From positions 4,144 through 68,143 of the forward strand of contig JAUWTJ010000005.1 in assembly GCA_030614785.1 (NCBI GenBank): a stretch of 64,000 nt of DNA, written 5' to 3'. The position numbers were made by a program, and so were the translations under genes. Origin of the DNA: Alphaproteobacteria bacterium (GTDB lineage: Bacteria > Pseudomonadota > Alphaproteobacteria > M2410). This document shows, piece after piece, positions 1 through 9,527 of the stretch; position 1 is the first letter of the stretch, and each line of letters begins with the position of its first letter. Under the pieces are notes generated by a model, which had not been told where the DNA came from, made no database searches, and was given only the letters and a program-made list of their open reading frames with translations.

Positions 1-276
1 CAGAAGGAAGCACCGCAAGACGTGTTGGGCGGGGCGACCCCTTTCCTGCGCCTCATGGGCTCGCTGGCAGGGGGCTATTTCCTGGCCCGCGGAGCCAGCG
101 CCGCGCAAGCCGAACTGGCAGCCGGAGGAGGGGACGAGGCCTTCCTGAAGGCCAAGATCGTGACCGCGCGGTTCTATGGTGACAATATCCTGATGCCCGC
201 TAAAGGCCTGGAATCAGCCATAAAATCGGGCTCTGACAACCTCTTTGCCTTGGCGCCGGAGGTGCTGGCACGGTGA
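1..276 (+). CDS. Acyl-CoA dehydrogenase family protein, C-terminal fragment (5' end outside window)
   Basis: Frame is open from position 1; the tail ...AKIVTARFYGDNILMPAKGLE... resembles the C-terminal region of large FadE-type acyl-CoA dehydrogenases (recalled from memory, not searched). Confidence 0.55.
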   Translation, partial: QKEAPQDVLGGATPFLRLMGSLAGGYFLARGASAAQAELAAGGGDEAFLKAKIVTARFYGDNILMPAKGLESAIKSGSDNLFALAPEVLAR

Positions 277-345
277 TATAGCCCAGCGGCGGCGGCGGCG
301 CGCACTTTTGACTCGCCGGAATTTGGTGATAGACTTCGCCTCACA

Positions 346-1260
346 GTGGAGACGCCCCGATATTGGCCGTTGATCCGCCTGAGGGGGACGAGAGTGGGTA
401 TTGATCCGGTCGAAGTTGCAATCCTTGCCATCGCGTCGATCATCGGCGCCGTCGGTGCTGCGATCATATGGGCGATGTTTACAAACCTGTTTGGGATAAG
501 GCGCAGGGCGCTGGCGTCCTTTGGCTTCCTGCTGATCGGTGCCGTGAGCGGCCTTGCTTTCCTGTATTCATATCTGGCGCCTGTGCTGGCGCCGACTCTC
601 GTGCGCATCCTGCCTGACCCGATTTACTTCGATGAGGCTCTGAAAGATCCGCTTCTTTCACGTCTGGTCGCAGATCACCCCGATCTCATGCGCGGACTTG
701 AAGCCAGGCTGATCACAGCCCATCTGGTAGCGGGCCTCGATGGCGTACGGTTTGAGGGCGAGCGGTTTGGTCTGCAAAAGAGTACAGGTCTGACAGCAGA
801 TTACTTCTCCCGAGCGCGAGGGAGGGATCTGGTCGCGCTCATGGAGCTTCAGGGTGAGGTCTTTGAAGATCTGGCCAGTTCAGATCCGGAATTGTGCTAT
901 CCATTCCTTTTTGGTCTGCAGGCTGATGAAGTAGAGATTGCTCTGCGGATGGACGAAGAAATTCCTCTTAACGTGGAGCAGCGAACCCAGGATCTCATTC
1001 TGAATGCTGCAACCAGTGTCCCTGTTTTCGATCAACAACTTGGCGAATTTGTGATCCGAAAGGCGCAGGTCGATATTGCTCTTGATCATGGTGAGAAAGG
1101 GATTCGGCTCATGTCCGGCAACTACCGCCCGCAAACGGCAGAAGAGGCCAGAGAGCTCTGCGCCATATACAGTCACTTCTTTGCTGCGGTTTCGTCAGGA
1201 GGACCGCAGCGCGCTGAGGCGGCCTGGCGGTCCATGTTCGTGCCGATCGACGAAAGTTGA
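346..1260 (+). CDS. Hypothetical protein with N-terminal transmembrane helix
   Basis: 304-codon ORF with a GTG start; a hydrophobic segment (ILAIASIIGAVGAAIIWAMF) and a second one follow the N-terminus; no motif recognised. Confidence 0.4.
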   Translation: METPRYWPLIRLRGTRVGIDPVEVAILAIASIIGAVGAAIIWAMFTNLFGIRRRALASFGFLLIGAVSGLAFLYSYLAPVLAPTLVRILPDPIYFDEALKDPLLSRLVADHPDLMRGLEARLITAHLVAGLDGVRFEGERFGLQKSTGLTADYFSRARGRDLVALMELQGEVFEDLASSDPELCYPFLFGLQADEVEIALRMDEEIPLNVEQRTQDLILNAATSVPVFDQQLGEFVIRKAQVDIALDHGEKGIRLMSGNYRPQTAEEARELCAIYSHFFAAVSSGGPQRAEAAWRSMFVPIDES

Positions 1261-2580
1261 TCAGCCTGCTTTTGCCTCCACGTCACGCATCACCCGCAGA
1301 AGATTCTCGCCCCAGATCTTTTTGATATCACCGACGGAATAGCCGCGCAAAATAAGCTCCTGCGTGACGTTGGGTGTCTGCGAGGCATCCATCCAGCCGG
1401 TAAGCCCGCCGCCACCGTCGAAGTCGGAGCTGATCCCTACATGATCGATGCCGATAAGTTTGACCGCGTAGTCAATATGGTCAGCGAGGGTGTTAACTTC
1501 TGCGCGGGGCCATTGCTGATCCAGTGCCTTAACGTCAGCACGATATGCGGCGATGGTTTCGGGTGAAAGGGAGGCCCTGGTTGCCCGGGAGTAATTGTAC
1601 CTTTCCGCCAGGGCCTTTTTGGCGGCGACCTTTTCTTCTGGCGGCGCGGCCAGATAGGTATCAAATCCGACAATCTGGACCACGCCGCCGGTCTTCTTGA
1701 TCGCCATGAGCTCTTCATCAGTGAGATTGCGGAAGTGATCATAGACAGCCCGCGCCCCGGAATGCGAGGCAATGACCGGCGCCGTCGAAAGCCGGGCAAT
1801 GTCGAGAGTGGCAGCTTTGGAAGCATGGGAAACATCGGCCATCACCCCGAGGCGGTTGAGTTCCTTGAGGAGGCCTTTACCAAGATCAGACAGGCCGCCA
1901 TGTTCTTCGGGCACATCGCCGAGATCCTCGCGCGCCAGCGAGCTGTCAGCGAAGTTCGAGTGGCCCATATGGGCAAAGCCTGCGTAGCGCATGCCGCGAC
2001 TAAAATATTCCTCCACGGTCGAAAGATCTGAACCGAACGCAAATCCGTTCTCGACGCCGATCAACGCGACCAGTTTGCCTTCACCGCGAATGCGCAGGAT
2101 ATCGTCAGCCGAGGTTGCAAGTCCGATGCGGTCGGGATAAAGCGCTTCCGTCATTCTGTGAATGGCATCAAACTTGTTGCGTGCCTTGCGCACCGCTTCA
2201 GCATAATTCGCCTCGGTCCGCTCGGTTTGCCCAACATAGACAATAAAGAACACGGCGCTGAGGTTGCCCTCTTCCATTTTTGCGAGGTCAACCTGGAACC
2301 TGTCATTGCCCCCCGGATCGACGGCCTCGGTCGCAAAATCGTCCGGAATATCCACATGAGTGTCGATGGTGAGCAGCTGGCTGTGCACATCTTCGGTGAT
2401 CGCCTCAGCGCTTCGTGCCTCGACAGCCGGGTGGTGTTGGTCTTCCATTGGTTCAGCCACTTCTGTGCTTTGGGTTTCGGCCAGGATCGCGGCATCGTCA
2501 ATGCCATCACCGCATGCAGCGAGGGTGAGACTGCCGACAATCACGAAGCAGGTAAGACAGGAGCGGATAGTGAGGCGCAT
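1261..2580 (-). CDS. Membrane dipeptidase, peptidase family M19 (renal dipeptidase-like), lipoprotein
   Basis: Lipobox LTLAAC at the N-terminus; M19-like blocks (HVDIPDD, FHMGHSNFAD, GIDHVGISSDFDGGGGLTGW) recognised from memory. Confidence 0.8.
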   Translation of the reverse strand: MRLTIRSCLTCFVIVGSLTLAACGDGIDDAAILAETQSTEVAEPMEDQHHPAVEARSAEAITEDVHSQLLTIDTHVDIPDDFATEAVDPGGNDRFQVDLAKMEEGNLSAVFFIVYVGQTERTEANYAEAVRKARNKFDAIHRMTEALYPDRIGLATSADDILRIRGEGKLVALIGVENGFAFGSDLSTVEEYFSRGMRYAGFAHMGHSNFADSSLAREDLGDVPEEHGGLSDLGKGLLKELNRLGVMADVSHASKAATLDIARLSTAPVIASHSGARAVYDHFRNLTDEELMAIKKTGGVVQIVGFDTYLAAPPEEKVAAKKALAERYNYSRATRASLSPETIAAYRADVKALDQQWPRAEVNTLADHIDYAVKLIGIDHVGISSDFDGGGGLTGWMDASQTPNVTQELILRGYSVGDIKKIWGENLLRVMRDVEAKAG

Positions 2581-2613
2581 GGAGTAATGTCCCGGGTTTT
2601 GGTTGGTGATAAA

Positions 2614-3426
2614 TCAAGTGTCAGCGCCTGAAAATCCGGGCGCGGTGTGAAGCGCCCAGCGGATAAATTCTTCGATGACCTTATCTGAATCGGTCCCGCG
2701 CGGAATGGAAATTGAGGTCCTTGATGCGGTATGACGAAACCTTAGCCTGTCTTTCTGTCTATCAAGTTTCGACTCGCGCATCAAATCCCATGTCATTTCG
2801 CTTTCGATACCATCGATGGATGAGTGCCGGATCCCGAAATTGTTGATATAGACCGTATCTGTCCGGTCGCCATCATAGTGGAAGTGAAACCCTGGACCTT
2901 CCAGCCTTGATCGAACCTCTGTCAGCAGACCGCGCCATTCTGGACCAGTTTCCTGGCGCAGCAAAAAGGCGAATTTCAGAAAGGCTGACACGGTCTCATG
3001 GTTTTGGAGGCGGGTAGATATTTCGATTTTCTGTTTTTTGGCGCGGCCTTTAACCAGATGCGCCGAGCGGCGATGCTGAATGAGGCGGATATCTTCCCAT
3101 TTCAGATCCATCTCTTGTCCGCGTGCGCCGGTCTGATGAACACCGTCGATATCGACAAGGACGGGGGTTGTCTGGCGAAACAGGCGGCTGGAGAACGCCG
3201 CAATGCGAGCCACGAGACGCAAGATAACAAGCAAGGTCAGCAAAAGCGCAAGACCCGCCATCACCCAGCCGGTAACCGTCGCGCCGCGCGGATCGTGCGA
3301 GTTGCTCGACATCAACAAGGCCATTGTCCAGAAAAGGCCGCTCAGAAGAATCAGAATGAGAAATTTGAGGGTCCCGGAATAACTGGCAGCCGTGAGAGTG
3401 TCGAACACCGCTGTGCCACGGGCCAA
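2614..3426 (-). CDS. Hypothetical membrane protein (two TM helices followed by a soluble domain, possibly bacterial PH-like)
   Basis: Two hydrophobic helices near the N-terminus; the remainder is charged and soluble; GC is somewhat lower than the surroundings. Confidence 0.45.
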   Translation of the reverse strand: MARGTAVFDTLTAASYSGTLKFLILILLSGLFWTMALLMSSNSHDPRGATVTGWVMAGLALLLTLLVILRLVARIAAFSSRLFRQTTPVLVDIDGVHQTGARGQEMDLKWEDIRLIQHRRSAHLVKGRAKKQKIEISTRLQNHETVSAFLKFAFLLRQETGPEWRGLLTEVRSRLEGPGFHFHYDGDRTDTVYINNFGIRHSSIDGIESEMTWDLMRESKLDRQKDRLRFRHTASRTSISIPRGTDSDKVIEEFIRWALHTAPGFSGADT

Positions 3427-3678
3427 TTGCTCAAAAACGCTCTCGTCGCGATAAAATTTTAGCGTCCGGGTGGCCAGGGCCTTCTTCCTCTATTGGGGTT
3501 CTGAAATGAGGTATGCATTCTTAACATGGATCCTTGCGGCGGGTTGCACAACACTCCGTTCTTTCGACGCCAGGGTCAGAACTCGGTAAATCCACCAGAT
3601 GAGTGTAGCAGTGATGCACTGGGCTGCGAAGCAGGCTTTGATATCTAAATTTGTCATAAGCCGACTGTTGATATGGCG

Positions 3679-3694
3679 GTTGTCATATGTCAAC
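3679..3694. promoter_or_regulatory. Near-perfect 16-bp palindrome GTTGTCATATGTCAAC upstream of the S8 protease gene (candidate operator)
   Basis: One mismatch from the perfect palindrome GTTGACATATGTCAAC; it lies about 70 bp upstream of the protease start in an AT-rich intergenic region. Confidence 0.2.
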
Positions 3695-3763
3695 ATGGTT
3701 AACCTAAGGGGTATGCAGAGGGCATGTCTCACCTGAAATATTTAAACTCAAGTGGGGACTATC

Positions 3764-5110
3764 ATGAGATTATTTAGTATTCTGGGCGCATTGGCGTTGG
3801 CGGTTGTTATGTCAATCAGCGGGGCTAACGCGCAAGGTTCTGATTCCCGTTACATTATCATGTTTAGCAAGAGCGCCATTCCTGCGAATGCCAATGGCAA
3901 GATCGCACGGGCAGGCGGTGAAGTCGTATTGAGTTTGCCTCAAGTGGGCATTGCTATCGCCGCTTCAAGCGATCCGGATTTTGCCGTTCGGGCCAGTGGG
4001 ATCAAGGGCGTTTTCTCGGTCGGACCTGAAGCTATGCATGGCCTGCCCAATACGGAAGAGATAGCAATGCCTGAGGCCCCCACCGGGGCGGATGTATTAT
4101 TTAATATTGGCCTGCTGTGGGGCATCGAGCGGGTGCATGCGCCGGAGGCCTGGGCCTATGGACATACAGGATCACATGGCACGGTCCTCGCCGTCATAGA
4201 CACGGGTGTCGCCTGGAACCATCCGGATCTGGCTCCCAATGTCATTGATGCGCTGTGTTTTGCATCAGGTGATTGCAATCCTTACCCCGGCTACAGCGAT
4301 CACGGCACACATGTTGCCGGTACGGCAGCGGCAGCGTTTGACGGCGGCCTTGCGGTTGGCGTTGCGCCAGAACTCAGCATTGCATCGTACAACGTGTTCG
4401 AGCCCATCGCGGGTTGCGGCGTATGCGCCTTTTCGTCGTCGCGCTGGTCAGCAATGATTGATGCCGCCGATAAAGGCTATGAAGTCATCACCATGAGTCT
4501 CGGGGGAACTGCTCAGTATGGATTTGGACGTACGAGCGAGCTCGCCACATTTGTCGCCGCAGAAAAGCGGATTGCTAACTACGTCAACCAGAGGGGCACC
4601 AATATGGTGGCCTCTGCCGGAAACTCCGGACTCGATCTGACTGGCAATATTATACATGTTCCCGGCGACATCCCGGGTATTGTCAACACCAGTGCGACGG
4701 GCATTCAAACCGAGCCTCGCTATACCGAAGACTCGGTCGATATCATCGCCTTCTATTCGAATGTTGGTGCACCCGTTACTGTTGCGGGCCCCGGCGGTGA
4801 TTGCGGTGAGCTTTTCGGTTGCAGTGGCATTGAGCCCGATTGGTTTGAGCATCTGATCCTCAGCTCAATTGTCTTTCTTGATCCGGCTTGTGCAGCCACA
4901 GCTGACTGTCCTGTCGGATATGGCTGGAAGGGCGGTACGAGCATGGCGACACCCCATGTCTCGGCTGTTTTGGCCTTGATCCGGGACGCAAATCCTGGCA
5001 TCAGCCCGGCTCGGGCAGTCAGCATTCTGACCAGTACCGCCGATAATATTGGCAGTCGCCTGACTTTTGGCCATGGAATGGTCAATGCTGAGAAGGCTGC
5101 TAACAAGTAA
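3764..5110 (+). CDS. Secreted subtilisin-like serine protease (peptidase S8) with N-terminal inhibitor I9-like propeptide
   Basis: Signal peptide; catalytic blocks AVIDTGV (Asp), HGTHVAGTAAA (His), GTSMATPHVS (Ser). The ATG at 3764 has AGTGGGGA upstream and is preferred over the in-frame GTG at 3752. Confidence 0.85.
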   Translation: MRLFSILGALALAVVMSISGANAQGSDSRYIIMFSKSAIPANANGKIARAGGEVVLSLPQVGIAIAASSDPDFAVRASGIKGVFSVGPEAMHGLPNTEEIAMPEAPTGADVLFNIGLLWGIERVHAPEAWAYGHTGSHGTVLAVIDTGVAWNHPDLAPNVIDALCFASGDCNPYPGYSDHGTHVAGTAAAAFDGGLAVGVAPELSIASYNVFEPIAGCGVCAFSSSRWSAMIDAADKGYEVITMSLGGTAQYGFGRTSELATFVAAEKRIANYVNQRGTNMVASAGNSGLDLTGNIIHVPGDIPGIVNTSATGIQTEPRYTEDSVDIIAFYSNVGAPVTVAGPGGDCGELFGCSGIEPDWFEHLILSSIVFLDPACAATADCPVGYGWKGGTSMATPHVSAVLALIRDANPGISPARAVSILTSTADNIGSRLTFGHGMVNAEKAANK

Positions 5111-5134
5111 GCTCTGGCTTGACAGAAAGAGACG

Positions 5135-5170
5135 AAGCCCTGGACCCGTCGTGGTCCGGGGCTTTTTCTT
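5135..5170 (+). terminator. Rho-independent terminator after the protease gene
   Basis: 12-bp GC-rich stem (AAGCCCTGGACC / GGTCCGGGGCTT, one G-U pair) followed by TTTTTCTTT. Confidence 0.6.
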
Positions 5171-5372
5171 TGCTGATATCGGTATTTCGTTTGCTGGACT
5201 GCAAAACAGGAATTGTTCACCCAATTGCCGTGTGGCTTTGAAAAGGGTTTGTGGAAAACCCCCAAAGTGCTACTCCTGACGGCGCAAACCCTTGTTTCAA
5301 GTGCCTTCGCCTCCATCGCGCATCCCGGTCGCTGGAGGGCGACAGTTGCCACGCTTTGGAAAGACAGATCTC

Positions 5373-6488
5373 ATGTCTCAAGACAGCAGCCTCATGACAG
5401 AAGCAATTCCGGAAGAAGCCACGGCGCGGGGGCTGATCTATCCCTACGGCATGAATTTCGGACCGGATGAGGGCAAGGCGCTGGAGGTGGCCGACGGGGT
5501 CTATTGGCTCAGGTTCCCGCTGCCGTTTTCGCTGAAATACATCAATCTCTATCTGCTTGAGGACGGCGACGGCTGGACTATTGTTGATACCTGCATCGAT
5601 CTGCCTGACTCACGCAAAATTTGGGAAACCCACATTAAGGGCATCATGCAGGGCAAACCCATCAAGCGGGTCATTGTCACGCATTTGCATCCAGATCATG
5701 TTGGTCTTGCAGGCTGGCTGACGCGAAAAGCCGAGTGCGATCTGTGGATGTCGCGCACCGACTTTCTGATGTGCCGGACCCTTGCCTCCGACACCGGCAA
5801 GGAAGTACCCAAAGCGGCCATCGATTTTTATCGCGCCATCGGGTTTGATGAAGCGTCCCTGGAGGCCTACAAAACTCGCTTTGGTGGCTTCGGGTCTGTG
5901 ATCTCCCGGTTGCCGGACAGTTTTCGCCGCGTCCAGGATGGTGAGACCTTCGAAATCAACGGGCGGTACTGGCAGGTCGTTGTCGGCTCCGGCCATGCCC
6001 CTGAACACGTTTGCCTCTATTGCCCGGGTCTGAAGCTGTTGATCTCCGGCGATCAGGTGCTACCGCGCATATCGCCCAATGTTAGCGTGTTCCCCACAGA
6101 ACCGGACGGCGATCCGCTTAAGGACTGGCTCGACAGCTGCGCGAAACTGCGCGAACTCCTGCCCGACAATCTTCTGGTTCTGCCATCTCATCAGGAACCG
6201 TTTTACGGGCTGCACAATCGATTAACCCGTCTCATTGAGGAACATGAAAGTGGTCTTGATCGTCTCTTTGAAACGGTTGCAGAACCGAAACGCGTCGTTG
6301 ATTGCTTCTCGGCGCTCTTTAAACGGACGATCGGACCAGATTTGATTGGACTGGCCTCCGGCGAAACCCTGGCGCATCTCAATTGTCTTGTTGGCCGCAA
6401 GATGGTCCGGCGTGAGCGGGATGAAAATGGTGTCGACTATTTCACCCAGCGCAAGGGTGACCTCAAAAGCACAGAGTTTCGTCTCTAA
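5373..6488 (+). CDS. MBL-fold metallo-hydrolase
   Basis: THLHPDHVG motif; the start is taken at MSQDSS... because the upstream in-frame part of the ORF looks non-coding. Confidence 0.75.
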   Translation: MSQDSSLMTEAIPEEATARGLIYPYGMNFGPDEGKALEVADGVYWLRFPLPFSLKYINLYLLEDGDGWTIVDTCIDLPDSRKIWETHIKGIMQGKPIKRVIVTHLHPDHVGLAGWLTRKAECDLWMSRTDFLMCRTLASDTGKEVPKAAIDFYRAIGFDEASLEAYKTRFGGFGSVISRLPDSFRRVQDGETFEINGRYWQVVVGSGHAPEHVCLYCPGLKLLISGDQVLPRISPNVSVFPTEPDGDPLKDWLDSCAKLRELLPDNLLVLPSHQEPFYGLHNRLTRLIEEHESGLDRLFETVAEPKRVVDCFSALFKRTIGPDLIGLASGETLAHLNCLVGRKMVRRERDENGVDYFTQRKGDLKSTEFRL

Positions 6489-6523
6489 AATCCACTACCG
6501 CGACGTAAGGAATTCATAAATTC

Positions 6524-7519
6524 ATGGCGAGAAAGCTCAAGGATGACAAGTGGAATGCATTCTTCGACTATATATTTTTCTATGCGAGCTATTTGTGGCT
6601 TCCGGCAGTGGTGCTGCTGGTTTCCTATTGGAGAAGCGGCGCTCTGGGGACCCCGCTCTTTGTCATCGCAATCGGACTAATCGCGATAAGCTTTTACGGC
6701 CGGTTTATTGAACCCCGATGGCTCACCACCAAACACACGCAAATTGATCTCACGCCAGCGGGATATGAAGGTCCAAAGGTCGAAATTTCTGCCGCGCTCT
6801 TTTCAGATACACACTACGGGATTTTTCGCAATGTGATGCCGCTCAAACGGTTGCGCAAAAGAATTGAGGGTGAAAATGTCGATATTGTTCTTGTTGCCGG
6901 TGATCTGACCAATCATCTCAGACCGGACGAACTGGACGAAACCTTCGGCGAATTCGCGAACTTCAGGCAGCCGGTGCTGGCGGTCCTCGGTAATCACGAC
7001 TACGGGCTCCCCGGGTGGATTATGCCCGATGAGATTGCCAGATCCATTTCCGGTTTTGGCGTTCAGGTTCTTGAAAATGAGAGTACTTGTGTCTCGGTGG
7101 GCGAGGTTGAGTTGGAAATCACCGGCCTCCGAGACCATTATGCGGGAACCGCTGACTATGGCTTGCTGGCGCCATCCAGTGAAGACCCGGCCTCCCGGGG
7201 CACGCCGCGCCCTCACCTGGTGATAGCCCACAATGCCGATGCGGCGCACGATTATCCGCACGGATCGGTTGCTGATCTCACGGTTTCCGGCCACACCCAT
7301 GGCGGACAAATCCGGTTACCTTTCATTTTCCGCCGAATCATCCCGACGCGGCACCGGTTTGACCGGGGCCTTTATCACGCGAATGGTTATAAGGTTTATG
7401 TCTCTTCGGGGACAGGAATGGACCTTTTGCCTGTACGGCTCTTTGTTCCCCCGTGTCTTGATATCCTGATCCTTACTGTGCCCGGGCCAGCGCGGGGAGT
7501 TGGATCAGAGAGTGGATAA
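6524..7519 (+). CDS. Membrane-anchored metallophosphoesterase (calcineurin-like)
   Basis: N-terminal TM helices followed by GDLTNH, GNHDY and GHTHGGQ motifs. Confidence 0.8.
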   Translation: MARKLKDDKWNAFFDYIFFYASYLWLPAVVLLVSYWRSGALGTPLFVIAIGLIAISFYGRFIEPRWLTTKHTQIDLTPAGYEGPKVEISAALFSDTHYGIFRNVMPLKRLRKRIEGENVDIVLVAGDLTNHLRPDELDETFGEFANFRQPVLAVLGNHDYGLPGWIMPDEIARSISGFGVQVLENESTCVSVGEVELEITGLRDHYAGTADYGLLAPSSEDPASRGTPRPHLVIAHNADAAHDYPHGSVADLTVSGHTHGGQIRLPFIFRRIIPTRHRFDRGLYHANGYKVYVSSGTGMDLLPVRLFVPPCLDILILTVPGPARGVGSESG

Positions 7520-7626
7520 AACTTGACGGTGCCATGTCAGGCCGATTTAACGGGCTCCGAGAGGCCAACCGGCCGCGATAGATTGGAAAAACGCGGGTTT
7601 CCCGCATCAAGGGCGAACCGGCACGC

Positions 7627-8559
7627 ATGACTACCGCACTTTACACCCACGCTGCCTGCCATGGCCATGTCACCCCCGAGGGGCATCCCGAACGGGTGGC
7701 AAGATTGCAGGCTGTGCTGGAGGCTATGGGCGCAGAGGAATTTGCAGACCTTGAGCGCCGTGAAGCCCCTCGCGCTGACCTTGACGTCATCGAACGCGCT
7801 CACCCTGCAGCCTATATTGCGCGGATAAAAAGCGCGGCGAGCGAAGCCGGTGGGGTCCCCGCGAGGCTTGACGCCGATACCTCGATTTGCAGTGGATCAT
7901 GGGAGGCAGCCTTGCGTGCCGCGGGCGCTGTAGTGGCCGCTGTGGACGCGGTCGTGGCCGGCGATATCCAGAACGCCTTTTGCGCGGTTCGCCCGCCCGG
8001 ACATCATGCAGAGCCGGAAATCCCGATGGGTTTTTGTCTCTTCAACAATGTCGCCATTGCGGCGTTTCACGCCCTGGCGGCGCACGGTCTTGGCAAGGTT
8101 GCGGTGTTGGATTTCGATGTTCACCATGGTAACGGAACGGCGGCCATGTTTGAAACCAGGCCGGAGTGCTTCTTGGCCTCGAGCCATCAAATGCCGCTCT
8201 ATCCGGGAACCGGGTTTCCCGAGGAAACCGGCTGCGGTAATATTTTAAATGTGCCGCTTCCCGCCGGTGCCGACGGGCCGGTTTTCAGGCACGAATGGTC
8301 ACAAAAGATCTTTCCTGCGCTTGATGCATTTGCGCCCGATTTCATCCTTGTTTCTGCCGGGTTTGACGGGCACAAGGACGATCCGCTGGCGGGGCTGGCG
8401 CTCGACGATGACGACTATGGGTGGGTGACAGGCCAGCTTGTCGAAAAAGCCGGGGAATTGTGTGGCGGACGTCTCGTTTCTACCCTTGAAGGCGGCTATG
8501 ATCTTGACGCGCTGAAGAGCGCCGCGGCGGCGCACGTGAGGGAGCTGATGAAAGCATGA
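7627..8559 (+). CDS. Histone deacetylase-family protein (acetoin utilisation AcuC / acetylpolyamine amidohydrolase-like)
   Basis: Zn-binding block DFDVHHGNGT, PPGHHA, and the GGY motif near the C-terminus. Confidence 0.85.
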   Translation: MTTALYTHAACHGHVTPEGHPERVARLQAVLEAMGAEEFADLERREAPRADLDVIERAHPAAYIARIKSAASEAGGVPARLDADTSICSGSWEAALRAAGAVVAAVDAVVAGDIQNAFCAVRPPGHHAEPEIPMGFCLFNNVAIAAFHALAAHGLGKVAVLDFDVHHGNGTAAMFETRPECFLASSHQMPLYPGTGFPEETGCGNILNVPLPAGADGPVFRHEWSQKIFPALDAFAPDFILVSAGFDGHKDDPLAGLALDDDDYGWVTGQLVEKAGELCGGRLVSTLEGGYDLDALKSAAAAHVRELMKA

Positions 8560-9173
8560 CCGGGACAGAGCTGTCGCAAGGATCTTCAGGGACCGAGTTT
8601 GCCGGGCGTATTCATCTGGCGCGCCACGGCAAGCCTGATCTGCCGGCCAGGGGCTGGCTCTCGCGGGCGCAGTTTAACGCCTGGTGGTCGGAATACGGCC
8701 GTGTGGGCCTGGTGGCATCGGATCAAGCGCCTGAAATCCTTCAAGGGATTGCGGCACGAGCAGCAGCCATTGTTGCCAGCCCGGCTCCGCGTGCGCATGA
8801 GACTGCCCGGGCCCTTGCGGCAAATCGTGATATCGTTATTGATGTGATCTATGCAGAAGCTCCGCTGCCAGCCCCGTGGATCCTGCCCTATATACAAATG
8901 TCCCCGGTGATCTGGGGCATAACCGCTCGCTTTACCTGGTGGCTGGGGTATGCAGGTGGCGGAGAAAGCAGATATGAAGCGGAATTGCGCGCTCGCGAGG
9001 CAGCTGACAGGCTGATTGAACTGGCCGCTGACGGCGACGGCGATGTCCTGCTTTGCGGGCATGGCTGGTTCAATCATATGATGGCACGAGAACTGAAACG
9101 ACGAGGCTGGATCAAGATCAAGGCTGGTGGCGAAAGGTTTTGGGGCCACAAGACCTTCGCTTCACCGGTATGA
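8556..9173 (+). CDS. Histidine phosphatase-family protein (SixA/PGAM-like)
   Basis: N-terminal ARHGKP (RHG) motif; ATGA start/stop overlap with the upstream HDAC gene. Confidence 0.65.
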   Translation: MTGTELSQGSSGTEFAGRIHLARHGKPDLPARGWLSRAQFNAWWSEYGRVGLVASDQAPEILQGIAARAAAIVASPAPRAHETARALAANRDIVIDVIYAEAPLPAPWILPYIQMSPVIWGITARFTWWLGYAGGGESRYEAELRAREAADRLIELAADGDGDVLLCGHGWFNHMMARELKRRGWIKIKAGGERFWGHKTFASPV

Positions 9174-9189
9174 AAGAGGGAGACAGACA

Positions 9190-9456
9190 ATGACAGGCCA
9201 AAAGGCAGATAAAGACAAGATGTTGAAGGAGATTGAAAAACTCTCATTCGAGGACGCCCTGTCGGATCTTGAAGATATTGTGCAAAAGCTTGAGGGCGGG
9301 ACGGTTGAGCTCGAGGAATCGATCAAGATTTATACACGCGGGCAGCTGCTCAAGGCTCATTGCGAGAGTAAGCTGAAAGATGCCCAGGCCAGGATCGAAA
9401 AAATTGTCGTAGGTACGGGCGATAAAATATCCGCAGAAGCTGCCACCTTTGAATAG
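9190..9456 (+). CDS. xseB: Exodeoxyribonuclease VII small subunit
   Basis: FEDALSDLEDIVQKLE signature; AGAGGGA ribosome-binding site before the ATG at 9190; the longer ORF starting at 9127 would overlap the upstream gene. Confidence 0.85.
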   Translation: MTGQKADKDKMLKEIEKLSFEDALSDLEDIVQKLEGGTVELEESIKIYTRGQLLKAHCESKLKDAQARIEKIVVGTGDKISAEAATFE

Positions 9457-9527
9457 GACGTACAGGGTCTGATAACCAATCAGGCGGTTGCGACGCCCGA
9501 AAAAATATCGTCAAGCGAAGAGAAACC

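Noticed and set aside
3490-3732. 80-aa ORF in the protease upstream region
   Set aside because: No ribosome-binding site, odd composition, and it lies in an AT-rich leader; treated as non-coding regulatory DNA.
9127-9189. Longer xseB ORF start at 9127
   Set aside because: It would overlap the preceding phosphatase gene by 47 nt. The ATG at 9190 has a strong AGAGGGA ribosome-binding site and gives the canonical XseB length of about 88 aa.
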